DNA of 64,000 nucleotides from Azolla caroliniana. Lineage: Eukaryota; Plantae; Polypodiophyta. The position numbers were made by a program, and so were the translations under genes. The notes under the pieces were generated by a model that saw nothing but the letters and a program-made list of their open reading frames with translations, was not told the DNA's origin and ran no database searches. Of this stretch, positions 1 through 12,059 are shown piece after piece (the first letter of the stretch is position 1; every line of letters starts with the position of its first letter). The stretch spans positions 26,660,001 through 26,724,000 of the forward strand of contig JBHGNT010000002.1 in NCBI GenBank assembly GCA_043228905.1. The letters are read 5' to 3'.

Positions 1-974
1 ACATGTTAATATGGTCATTGGCTTTGATCCATGATAGTTTGAATTAGAATCCCCTTTTCCCTCTTCTTATTCTCAAGAACCTTAGGAAGCATGTTTTTCA
101 TAGCCATGGAGTATATCAATAAGCAAAAAATAATGCTTGTGCGTCTTGTTAAAACTCCAATAACTAACCATCAAGTTTGTAGCATTAGAGCTAGAAGATT
201 AGGAAGCGACAACATGAGGAACTTCATCAAAGAGATTCCAACTAGAAGAAGCATTGTTATCTCTATGAACACAAGGTGTGAAAGCACATCCAAATCCTCC
301 AAAAGAACCAAAAAATATTCTTCCCATGAAATCTAGTGGTACTTTATCATAGTTTCAAGGATTCCTTAATCGGGTATCCCTCAACTACTTGATATCCAAC
401 TAATAATATTCAAGTTGAATTGGTTGAAACATATATAAGAGGCACACATTTACAAGTTGTTCATGGTGTCAAGATAATGATTGTTGCCATTTCAACGACA
501 TATTCCTCATTGTTGACAACCTTCCGACCTATGTAGGAACATTTTTGGTTTGGATGCTTCATAAATGAAATATTGTTGGTTGTCAACGGTGTCTCACCTA
601 ATGGGTGCATTACTTATTTTGAGCTTCTTGACAACAACAGATTGTAGCCTCATACCTTTGACAACAATTATCTACAACACATGCGGAATGCACCAACCAG
701 GGTGGTTGCTAAAATGCGAAAGAAGTGGCTGCTTGATCCTTATCCTTCCATTACTCATATGTGTGATATGATGTGGTTGTATGCAAAAGAACCAGTTACA
801 AGATTATTATGGGATCCGAGGGGTTGGTTCTAGTCATACTCCTTGGGGGAATAGATCATAAAGGTTCCCTTCTTTCAGTATTCAGTGAAGCTTGGAAGGT
901 CATTACTGATGTCTCAGAATGTAACAGTGCCAGCAGCTCAAAACCATTGAACTAACGGGGGTTTTTCAACTTTG

Positions 975-1660
975 CAAATGAAAACCTACTAGAGATAGAT
1001 CTGGTCTTTCAAGGGGCCCACTAAATTTATCCTTTTTATATGGTTATTAGTGCATGCAGCATTACCAGTTGGCAGTCATTGAAAGGGAATGTAGCAACTA
1101 ATCTCAAGCAATGTGGCTTTTGTTATGCAACTCAAGAGACTACCAAGCATGCCCTATGGTCTTATCCCTTGGTTTAGCAAGTATGGAATAAAGTTCTTTC
1201 TTTATTCCTAACGATTAATGTTGGTTGCTTGTTCTCATGGGGAGCAACGGTGTGGGGAGTTTTACATTCCAGCTTGATGTTGTATGAGGCAAACGATATT
1301 CATGAGGCCATGACGGTACACAATAGAAAATTGATATCAGTTAGTCTGTTTCAGCAACATCGAAAGAAGATGCAATCTGCCCATGTTTGGAAAACAATCA
1401 CTACGGTAACGTTATGGGTATTATGGAAATGTAGATGTAATTGACTTTATGATGCAACAAATCTTGGTCCTTCAGAATCTATATTGCTTGAGATATGGGA
1501 GACATTGTTGACAGTAGTCCGTGGGCAATATGATAATATGTATGATTCTCTAGAAAATGTTCATAAGAGAAGGACGAAGCTTCTTCACTTATGGACTCGG
1601 AAGTTGCCCCTCTTTGTAGTGTCAAATCAAGGGCCTCAATAGAACTGTTGACTTCCATGA
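975..1660 (+). pseudogene. L1-type LINE ORF2 C-terminal fragment (zf-RVT region), decayed
   Basis: Translates to ...CGFCYATQETTKHALW...FSWGATVWG...TLWVLWKCRCN, broken by stops. Same motif order as the LINE 3' fragments at 59600-60237 and 62297-63156. Confidence 0.6.
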
Positions 1661-2906
1661 ACCCTTTCTTGAATATCAATACATCATGGTAATGTACCGT
1701 ATCAAATTTCAACACCCCTTTATAAGTGGTTTTTGTATATACAAGTTTTGGTGTACATACAATGTCTTTTATTCTATGTTGTAAGCCTCTGGGCAGATAA
1801 CTTTTACTTGTAGACTTCAGAAGTTTTTAATATTGTTGAAGAAAATTTTTCTAGGGAAAAAAAAAACCTATATAAGAGGCACACCATTAGTGTGGTTCAA
1901 ACTAGTGCTAGCAAAAAGATCATCATTGCTTGAGAACTTTGAAGATTTTACTAAAGAGTTCTAAGTGTGCTTTGAAGATAATAGATAGTGTTAGAATAGT
2001 GATAAAAATTATTAGAAGGTTATGATAGGTGATTGTTCTACCTTGTTGCATGTGATATCTTGTGTGCCAAGGATGAGGAAGTATTGATGGATCAATTTTG
2101 ACATTATATTCAGATTCATGACTTTTGAACACGAAAACCCAAAATCGTTTATTGAGATAATTAACCAAGTTGTATAATGTGGTCATTTCTTATTTGGGCG
2201 ATCTTTTGATCTTTCTCTGTTACATTAATTTTAGGAGACAATTAATGTTTTATGTGGTGAGTATAGAAAGATGATAGTTCTAGAAGTGTTTAGAGCTATA
2301 TGGTTAAAGTTATAAATTGTTGGTTTAAAGTTCAAGTCTTAATTGGTGCAGAAGGGAGATAATATTTTACATTTCAATGAAATGCAACTCATTTTGGGGA
2401 TTTTTTCTTTGTTCGACCGTTAAAGGGTTTTTTTCTTTGATATTCAAACTTTTAGGGTTTCATCTCTGTATCATTCTTACTTGGAGTTTAGGGTTAGGAG
2501 AGTGTGGAGTTTGGACCACCTTTACTTCATCTTCTTCATGTGTTGTGCAAGCGTCCAAGATGTAAGTTGTAAGACGGTGTGATTCATCAATTGAGAAACA
2601 AGGCTTGAAGTGGCATGGAGTACTCGAAATCAACAAGAAGCGGCAGCAGAGTTGTTGATCATAGGTGGGCCTGTCGAAGACCACAAAGTTTGGATCCTCA
2701 CCGTTATCTTAGTTTGCCTAACTTTCGTTACCACGATTATAAACACTTCTCATAATCATTATTGTGATTATTTTGTAATCACATTGTAAACCCTATTCTG
2801 AAAAGGGATTTCTTTCAAAAACCAAAGTTTTGCGCCTTAATCTATGTATTGTTGTATTATTTAGGTGTAATTAGTTCTAATCTTGTGTTAACCACTTGAG
2901 TGCGAC

Positions 2907-2910
<4 letters not shown>

Positions 2911-2974
<64 letters not shown>
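2911..2974. repeat. (GA)n microsatellite
   Basis: Perfect GA run of about 32 units. Confidence 0.95.
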
Positions 2975-2978
<4 letters not shown>

Positions 2979-3152
2979 TTGAATCACAACCTTGACCAAA
3001 GGAGGAAAGATTCCTCCACTAAAAGGTTTCCTCTAGTCAAAAGATTTTCCTCAAGTCTAAGCTTTTCTTAGTCGAAAGTTTTCCTTGACTCTAAGTTTCC
3101 ATCAATTCTTAGGTTCCCTTGAGTCAAAGGCTTTCCTGGATTGTAAGCTTTC

Positions 3153-3226
3153 CTGTTTCATGCTACCTCTTCCTAAGTGGGAAGCATGTTTCATGCTACC
3201 TCTTCCTAAGTGGGAAGCATGTTCCA
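3153..3226. repeat. 33-bp tandem repeat, about 2.3 copies
   Basis: TGTTTCATGCTACCTCTTCCTAAGTGGGAAGCA repeated directly. Confidence 0.85.
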
Positions 3227-3254
3227 TGCATACACGAACTATTACGAGCATGAC

Positions 3255-3568
3255 CATTTGAGACAACCCATAAGGCCAAGTGTGAACTTGCATGGGGGCC
3301 TTAGGTCTAGCTATAAATATGAGGCCTAACTACCCTCATTAGCCACATCATTCGACTACTTCGAGACTTTGATCGTGTGGTGAAGAGACTTTTATAGCGA
3401 GTGCACGAGTACCAGGTACAACTCGATGCCACGACGGTGGTATGGGACGTCGATTGAGACTCAAGTCCATCTTGATCCCTTCACTCGGGGGTGATCGGGT
3501 GGATCAACACCCTTCTTTCTCTCTCTTCTGTATTTTCCTATCTTATATTTCCTTATATTTCGGTTACA
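3255..3568 (+). mobile_element. LTR-like fragment, family shared with 57842-58284 (inverted) and 5955-6085
   Basis: ACAACCCATAAGGCCAAGTGTGAACTTGC...GCTATAAATATGAGGCCTAACTACCCTCATT matches the reverse complement of 58078-58155. Contains a TATA box and ends in ...GTTACA. Confidence 0.6.
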
Positions 3569-5465
3569 TTAGGATAAAGCTCTTAGAACATGAACCATGA
3601 CGACTTCCTATTTCAAGACACAAACTCGTCAAATTAGTGATATAAATTAACGAGGATGATATACAGAAGAAACTAAGCCAATTAACATGATAGAAACTAA
3701 ACACATTAATGAACCCACGTGACCTTGTCATAGACGATGGCCTTGTGATATTTCCTAAACTTGTGATTCTCATATTATGCAAATAAAGACATGTGTTAAA
3801 TTGGTTCTAGTTCAGTTTTTTATCTTATGTACAATATAGATTTAAATTTAAGTGTAAAACACCATCTCCACTAGTATACCACCCTCAACTCAAGGTTGCA
3901 ACACATGAACTTACCAAGGATGGATGCATCATGTTCAAATGGCTACAAGATGCAAGATTCCTTAGAGGAGAGGATAATATGTTCGTGTTCTTATGTTAAG
4001 ACATAATCACCTAGTCATGAATCCAAGTTCGTCAACATGAGTATCAAAATGGATGGACCCAAATGCACTACCACCACATCAACAAGATGGTCGACTCATG
4101 GTGAAAATATATATCATGTTATAGTTTTGTATTTTATAATTGGGAAACTCTAGGTTAACTGACATAGTATAACTTATATAGGCCCTTGTAATAAAATCTA
4201 AGGAAGACAATGATTATGAGGATAATATCGAAAATACCTCTCATGGTCATGGTATAAGGAGTGCATGATCAAGACAAGCACTTTGAGAATTGGAATGAGA
4301 TGTGTTGTTACTGTCCATGTCTCTCGTGGTCAGGATAGAAGGAGCTTGACATGATCAAGATAAGCTCTTCGAATATTGGAAAAGGTCATATAATTATGTT
4401 CCATGCACGTTGGACACATAACAAAGACATTGGGAGACAATCCACTTCCTCTGCCCCTTCGATCATTGCATTGAAGGCAATATGTGGAGGATGGATTGGA
4501 TCATCCTTCCTTAGTGATGGGGAGGTTTTTCATTTTTGGGATAGATCATATATATGATAGCTCCAACTTCAATGCCTCAAGATGTTGGTCGAGGCTAGTT
4601 CTTAGCATAGGATCTACGTGTCCCTTCCCATTAAGAATCATCTTATTGCCCTTTTGTGGGCCCATGTATAAGTGAACTACATGGGATCCATTGATCCAAT
4701 TCATTAGAAGCATGACAACATATGGTCTCGGTGCAAATGTTGCATCACCAATAGAAAGAGTAATGGAAATTAGATTGTGTCCCCAAATTTATGTATGAGA
4801 GACCATACTCTGAAGGAAATATAGTTGGCCTCATCAATAGAAGTCGAGGAAATATGGTCTTTGTAGAATGTTGTAATAATTCCCTCCAAGTGTACCTAAC
4901 ATATAGATGGGCGCTGCCATGAGAAGAAAGTGGAGGATGCCTATGCTAAATTCGAGTTGTATGAGGCTCACATGGAGGGAATGCGTTCGGGTAATGCTAT
5001 GCTCTTCGAATGATGTGGTGTTTTGGAGTTGTTTTTGTTGTTTCCTTTACACATATTGTTTTCCTTTTGACAAGCAAGTTGGCCTGTAAGATATGAGTTG
5101 TATATTATCCAATGTACATTGCCTTAACTAATGGAAGTGGTTTTTTTTGGGAAAAAAAAAATGTCGTAATGGCCATATACCTGAGTAAATGAGTCAAGAT
5201 GTAAGTGTTGTTATGTACACATAATGTAGGTGAGGGTAGGTCACTAATATTTACATAAGTGAAGGGAATGTTCACCAATGTTAAAATAAGGTAAATATAT
5301 TGGATAGAAGAACTCATTCCACCCTACCACCCCCGAGCTATTATCAAGACATAGTCAACCTACGACCGGCGTCCCATACCCCCGAATATTAGGATGACTA
5401 ATACCTTATGTTATGTACACACACGTAGGTGAGGTTAGGTCACTAATATTTACATTAGTGAAGGG

Positions 5466-5849
5466 TGTAAAGAATCAAGAGATGGATTCTTGTGAAGCGG
5501 AATAGGTGTGAACTATGTGTGTGTGTGTGTGTGTGTGTGTGATAGAGAGAGAGAGAGACACAGAGTATACGCAAGGTTAAAAGTATATTAACAAAGGAGA
5601 AAGACTCAACACTATACAAGGTGGGAGGAGGGTGCTTTATGTAGTCACCCTCTCTCTTCATTAACTACAAGGCTCATGGAGCATGGGGAATGTGAAAGCT
5701 CATAAGTTATGTGTCAATATGATTCTATGACTCATACTAAATGCTAGAATACAAAGAGGTGACTTAATGGTGACTCTTGACCGTTGGAGTGTCTATTCAC
5801 TCTCAAGGTGAGTTCACACACTAGACTAAGTTGAGCTTGATTCTCAACA
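5466..5849 (-). mobile_element. Solo LTR related to copia C, TSD AAGGG
   Basis: TG...CA ends. AAGGG at 5461-5465 and 5850-5854. Both ends (TGTAAAGAATC... and ...GTTGAGCTTGATTCTCAACA) match the LTRs at 44369-44830 and 54117-54553. Confidence 0.9.
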
Positions 5850-5954
5850 AAGGGTATGTTCACTAATGTTAAAAAGGGACTAATGATAGGTGCATGCACT
5901 ATCATGATTTGGACAATCAATGAATGGAGAGTCTTTTAGAAAGGCACATCTATT

Positions 5955-6085
5955 CAAGGGGCCTAGGAAGAGGTATAAATATGAGGCTTAACTACCCTCA
6001 TAAGGACATTACAATCATAGCTCGAGGGGTGGTCGGGTGGAACGGGTTCATCTATCCTATATATTTACCTTATTTTACTTTAAAC
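5955..6085 (+). mobile_element. Internally deleted LTR-like fragment (family of 3255-3568 and 57842-58284)
   Basis: TATAAATATGAGGCTTAACTACCCTCAT, then GGTGGTCGGGTGGA, then TTACTTTAAACA end. Confidence 0.5.
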
Positions 6086-7581
6086 ACCAGGACATTTGAA
6101 ACGGGTAATATGTCATGTTCTCTTTTTTATTTATGGGGAGATGTTAAAAAATGGCTCATTTCAGCACAATTTTACGATGGTATGATACATGCATACATGG
6201 TTTCTTAAAACATACCATAATTCTCAACTAATTATTTTCATGACAAGAAAGTCAATACTTTCATATTCCATCTGTCATGTTCTTTTATCCAATTTGGGGA
6301 TAAGGAATGGAATTCCATGTAAGCTGAATTGTATTAACCCCGATTTTACAAATTATGAAAATGGTACCCCATTAAGCAACTTTTACTATGCGTAATTTAT
6401 GTTTATTTATATAGAATGTGTCTCTTAGTATTAAATGCAATCCACTCTGTTATTGATTTGTCTCAAAATGTAGACCATTGTTCTCAACTTGTTGTCATGT
6501 TAAGAACTTTATTTCAGAAACAACCTATTGTAACTTTGTTTCGGACCAAGATGCATTACCATGGAAGAAGGGAGCATTGGCAATCCACATATTTGGTTTT
6601 TTATTTACATTTTAAAATTATGTTTGAAGTTTGTGGTTACATGGAAAGATTGAATAATTCCCATAAAATGAGTTTTTCTTAGCAAAAAAATGTGATGAAA
6701 ACTATAGAAAATGGTGGTCTAACTACATAGAAAGCTAGGGGAAATTCTGTATATTTTTAAATCTGATGTAATGCATCATATTTTTGCTACAAATCCAACA
6801 CTTACAACAAGAATCCATTGCACTGCATCAGATACTAGATGTATAGAATATAATCCGAATCCCAATGCAATGCATCGTGGTTCAAAGTCAGGCCTCTTGT
6901 CTGTCTTTGTGTTGTGTTTAGCTTCTCAAGCCATTAATACCAAACCATTTAAGAAAATGTAAACCAAACCCGTTATGGAAAAGTTGAAACCAAACTAAAC
7001 CATTTAATAAAAAATTTAAACGAAATGGTTCTATATACATGCCAACACCACATTCTAAGAGCTTTGTGCAAAGATATACTTATCTTTTGATATCCTTACC
7101 ACAAGTTACTTCCTACTCATGTGTTCTTCTTGAGAACCACCTTAAGATTGGTGTGTAGGAACTGACGACCATCTCTTCTTTTGTATGCAAGATGAGTATC
7201 AATCTCCCTTGAGCTATGAACACTTTAAGAAAACTCGAAATGCCATCTAGAACTTAATCAAATACATAAGACACGATCTTTTACTTAACCAAGAAGAGAC
7301 TTTTTTTATTTTTTAAAGAAGATACACCTTAGTATATTACTTGAAAAGTCTACATAAGAAAAACAGAAGGAGACATTTCATCTCACTTCTTTTTGTAAGA
7401 TACAAAAGCTAGTACATCTGATGATACAAATATACAGATGATACAAAACCAAGAAGAGACTTTACCATGTTTCCATGCACTTAGAAAAAGAACAAAGAGG
7501 TAAGAAGTCACCACCTATGTGTAGCTACTTCCTCCTATTTAAGTTTTTAACCCAATTAATGTATATCACTTTCATGCTTGG

Positions 7582-7601
7582 GAGGGTATAAGCTTTATAA
7601 A

Positions 7602-7635
<34 letters not shown>

Positions 7636-7795
7636 CGTAATTAGCTTACGCTAGTGGTAAGTTGTTACATTACAAGCATTGTAGGGTATAAACTTTATAA
7701 ACATCTCTCTCTCTCTTATCGTAATTAGCTTACGCTAGTGGTAAGTTGTTACATTACAAGCATTGCAGTGTTGGGTTCGAAACCCAATTTTCTCA
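7582..7795 (+). repeat. About 100-bp tandem duplication overlapping a degenerate tRNA-like (SINE-head) sequence
   Basis: GGGTATAA..TTTATAAACA(TC)nTTATCGTAATTAGCTTACGCTAGTGGTAAG...GCATTG occurs twice. The second copy continues into a B-box-like GGGTTCGAAACCC. Confidence 0.55.
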
Positions 7796-7808
7796 CCTCT
7801 CTATTATA

Positions 7809-8118
7809 TACTTCATACATATCTCTTAATTTACTAAATGCCACTGTGGAATGTAGGGGTTGAACCCATGACCTCCTGGTCACCATTGGGCAACCTTACC
7901 AATTGAGCTATAAACTTCATACATACCTCTTAATTCACTAGATGCCATTGTGGAATGTAGGGGTTGAACCCATGACCTCCTTGTCTCCATTGGGCAACCT
8001 TACCAACTGAACTACATCCATATGGGAGAGAGAAACTTCATACATATCTCTTAATTCACTAGATACCATTGTGGAATGTAGGGGTTGAACCCATGACCTC
8101 CTGGTCTCCATTGGGCAT
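7809..8118 (-). repeat. Three tandem copies (about 104-120 bp) of a tRNA-derived SINE-like unit
   Basis: Minus strand reads (GGATG)TAG(C/T)TCA(A/G)TTGGTAAGG...GAGGTCATGGGTTCAACCCCTACATTCCA, i.e. A-box and B-box at tRNA spacing. The third copy is cut at the LINE junction. Confidence 0.7.
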
Positions 8119-8149
8119 TGACAAACACTCCAGTAAAGAAAGAATTTCC

Positions 8150-10319
8150 ACTTGCTCCAATAAAGAAAATTGCCATATTAGTGCTCCCTTCAACTTCATA
8201 GATATGCTTTCACTCCATGTCTACCATTGAATACAAAAGTGTTGTGCATGTTCCAATTATGACGCAATCCCCAATATCTCAGAAATAGGAAAATGATCTC
8301 AATCTCTGATTTTTGGTCAACCTGTGCAAATTGTGCAAACAACCATTGTCCAGGTGTCAAATAGCACCGTGATAAAACTTGCCAAATTTGAGAAATGTAA
8401 CTCCAAATTTGGCAAGGAATCGGACATTGTATAAATCGATGAGTACTATCTTCCATTTGAACAATGCAATAGAAGCAATTACCCATTGCTAGTCCACAAC
8501 GCTTTAGAGCTAATGCCAAAGGCAATCCTCCAATCAAAACTTTCCAAATGAAGATCTTTCCTACAGGTGGCAATTTAGAATGCCAACTACGTTGTAGGAT
8601 CTGCCACCAGCCATGATCAGATTTGTATATTTTCCATTCTTCTTCAGCCGTAGATGATAACCATCCAAGGGACTCAATAGAGCAATGATACAAAAGAATA
8701 GTAGTCACTTGTAACAACGACGTTTGACCCCGTAAACACCAATCAATCGTCGGTTGTTCTCCAAGACTTGTTTGTAATGGCAACTTCTGAAGTCTGTTGG
8801 ATATTATCTTTGCAAACACTTTGTATAACCCTCCCATCAATGAATAGGCCTCCATTGATAAAATGACTCCGGAGATGGTACCTTTGGTATCAATTTCATT
8901 AAGTCCACCTTCCAGCTCTCAGGCATGAAACCAGAATCCCAACATTGTTGAAACATTTGTGTGAATGGACTCTCAAGCATGCCCACATACTTCTTAAAAA
9001 CTTCATTTGTAACACCATCCCAGCTAGGGCTTTTACCATTTGGAAGGTGTAACAATACCTTTTCCACCTCAGCTTCTTCAAAATCAGCATCCAATTCTTG
9101 ACAAATATTTGTATTCACGGCACTCCCAATTACATTATAAAACTCTTGTCGTGCTTTCAAGACATCCTTATTAATAATCAACTCTGGCCCAATCAAATTC
9201 CTAAAATAAGTAATACATCACTCAATAACCTTGACTAGGTCTACAACAATGTCATCCCCTATCTTAATTTGTACCACATTTGAACGAGCATATGGTGGTC
9301 TTAATCCTTGAAAAAGCATATGAGATTGTGATTCGTTATCTATAAATCCCGCCTTTAATTGACATAGTCTTGTCTGTTGATACTTTGACAAGACAAATTC
9401 TTCACAATGTCTTGTACTTGAACTTGAACATCCAAAATCTCTTCATCATGTGGATTATTCATTAATAGTACATTGCACCGCATAAGAATATATGAAAACT
9501 TATCAATCAATTTCTTACGTCTTTTAGCATAAGTCATACCATACATACGATGAATATCATTGATGTTTTGTAGTGTTGTATCCTATGCAAGCCATCCTTT
9601 TGAAATAACTTGTTCTGAAAACATGCCAAAAATTTGTTGCATATAGGCATCAAATAAAGAAGAATTAAACCTCAAAGGAACTCGTTGAAGCAATGTTTTG
9701 TACATATCTGCCCCATGTTTATTAAACTCAAAACATATGGGAAAATGATCCAATGTCGACTGAAATGTAAACCCAACTTCATCTTGATGCAACCATTTCC
9801 ATACATCCAACTTCAAAACCTTTGATGCCAATTTGTCCCAAAGTGCTTGCTCAGGAGAATCCATCAATGAGAATCGTGAAGTAGATTGTGAAGCATCAAC
9901 ACACATATTAAAATCACCCATTAACAAACCAACACGGCCCACTAATAACTGTGGATACATTGAAGACCATAACTCAATGCATTGATTAGCATTATTGGGT
10001 GCATAGGTTCCTACCAACCATATCAAATCTTCAAAGTACTTGACTTCCATCACCAAAAAACGTCCATATTGATCATTGTAGACTATATGTGGACAAAACA
10101 AATCAGAATAATCATGACAACCCCTGAGTAATGATGTGATAACTGTCATGCATAATATGCAGAATATCCACGCAAATGTAACACAGATCCTGCTAAATCA
10201 TGACACTTATGTTCAACTACACATAAAACATCCCATTCTTTAACCAATATAGTTTTCCATAATATATATTTCTTATGAGGAGAAGATGCCCCTCGCACAT
10301 TCCATGATACCACTTTCAT
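8150..10319 (-). pseudogene. LINE ORF2 (APE endonuclease, truncated RT, zf-RVT)
   Basis: ORF pieces 9583-10149, 8837-9196 and 8196-8855, with stops and frameshifts. Confidence 0.85.
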
Positions 10320-11743
10320 TTAACACCTTTAGTAAGAACTTGCTCATTATGAGCAAGTGTATTCATGAATGTACTAACTACTTGTTCAAGAGTTGCATAA
10401 GGATTCGTGTGTACTACATTCCCTCCAACAATATTAGGGTTTTGTTGTCTAGCTCCACGAGAACGAAATTCTTGATTTAATTGAGGTTGTGCCACCCTTC
10501 CTAAAGAATCGAATTTTAATTGGTTGGATAATCTCTGATTTCGCACTTGTTTTTGCCAAGGATTTTTCTTAAACCTCTCATTTAATCTCAAATTATCTTT
10601 TGATAATGTCTTACCATTAGTATTTTTGTGTCCCTTTGTATGGCAACACCCTTCCCTTTTATCTTAATGCTTCAGTTGATGCCACTCTCCATCTTCAACA
10701 TATGGGTCATCATTAATGCATACTCCATTCTCCTCCCCAACACCTCTAACATGACCATGAACTTTAGGATCTCGCTCTATCCCATGAGATGTTCCCTCAT
10801 CCATGACCATATCAACCATTGAAACAATATCTTTCTCAACATCTTCCTTATTTTTCCCTTTGACATTATTTTCTGGGGATAGTTCACCATGAGATTGGCA
10901 TTCAACCATAAAATGCCCAAGTTTACCACATTTAAAACAATGTCCTACAGAGGTCTCCCATTGAAGCTTAAAACGAAATCGACCAAATCGGGATGTATTT
11001 ATACTCAACCATCTTGGAAGTTTACAACTTGTATCCCATAACATGCAAAATCTACATTTGTTCAACGAATTAACATGAGGAGCAACCAAAACTTTACCAA
11101 TTTGAGACATCAATCCTGGTAGTAAATCCCAAAAGAACGAGTTACTACAATCAATGGTCACCCAAATTGGACATTGTTGTTTTAATAAATCTTTATAATC
11201 CACCACCGGAACCCATTCCATCACATGCACTAATATTCTATAAAAAAAGATTAGTACCTTTGCCATCAAAGTCGTACGACGTTTTGATGATCGAAAAACC
11301 ACATCATAGAAACCTCTTGGACCCACATAGACATCCTCAACACGATAAGGCATTATGAATGAATTCAACCATTTTTTAATCCATGATACCAAAGGAAGTT
11401 TGCTAGTGAAATACAAAATAACACCACGATCATAGAACCTATCAAAAGTTGCTAACATAGACTTGGTCTCCATGACCACCTCTACAACATCCTCCTCCAC
11501 ACAATCTTTAGCATCACTCTCATTTTTTTCCATAAAATCGGAAAGCAAAGCTTTAACAAAATCATAATGACTGTCAATATTATAATCATCTCCAATAACA
11601 TCTTTTCCACTAAGAATAGCAACATATGATGTTTTCTCACGTTCTGTAGAATCGATACACTTTTGCCTCTTTTAATTTTCACAACCATCATTACTACCAC
11701 ATCCATCAACAATCATCAACTCACTTTCTGTTGTGTTAGGCAT
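10316..11743 (-). pseudogene. LINE ORF1 (DUF4283-like region plus CX2CX4HX4C zinc knuckle)
   Basis: GFYDVVF...PIWV...IGKVL...CFKCGKLGHFMVEC in ORF 10664-11548. Confidence 0.85.
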
Positions 11744-12059
11744 CCTAATAGAGAATGAGAGAACTAACCTGAGATGGTGACAATTTTTCTTGTAGCTTCT
11801 TGTAATGATAACAAAACTTAGTGTCCAAATAATCCTTGGAAATCTCTCTAAACAAGCTTCGCAACGAGCCAAAAAATCATAAAAATCAGAGTTTTGAGTA
11901 CAAAGTTACATTAGAAACATGTTTCAACACTATTCTTGGAACGTCGTCACTTTTTTTCCTCTCTCTCTCTCTCTCTCTTCTGGTGAAAACACACAATTAT
12001 ATTAATAAAAGTGTGTAAAAAACACTACTTACAATAGATGTGTCAATGGAGTATGGTCA

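Larger units (their letters stand above)
8120..11900 (-). mobile_element. L1-type LINE (copy 1): ORF1 plus ORF2, with most of the RT deleted
   Basis: ORF1 10316-11743; ORF2 starts MKVVSWNVRG at 10319, with endonuclease motifs (YAPN, GDFN, DHFP), RT start (KSPSWDG...WRPI) and zf-RVT. Ends approximate. Confidence 0.88.

Noticed and set aside
7951-8020. Functional tRNA gene
   Set aside because: No proper anticodon stem-loop, no downstream T-run terminator, and it occurs as diverged tandem copies.
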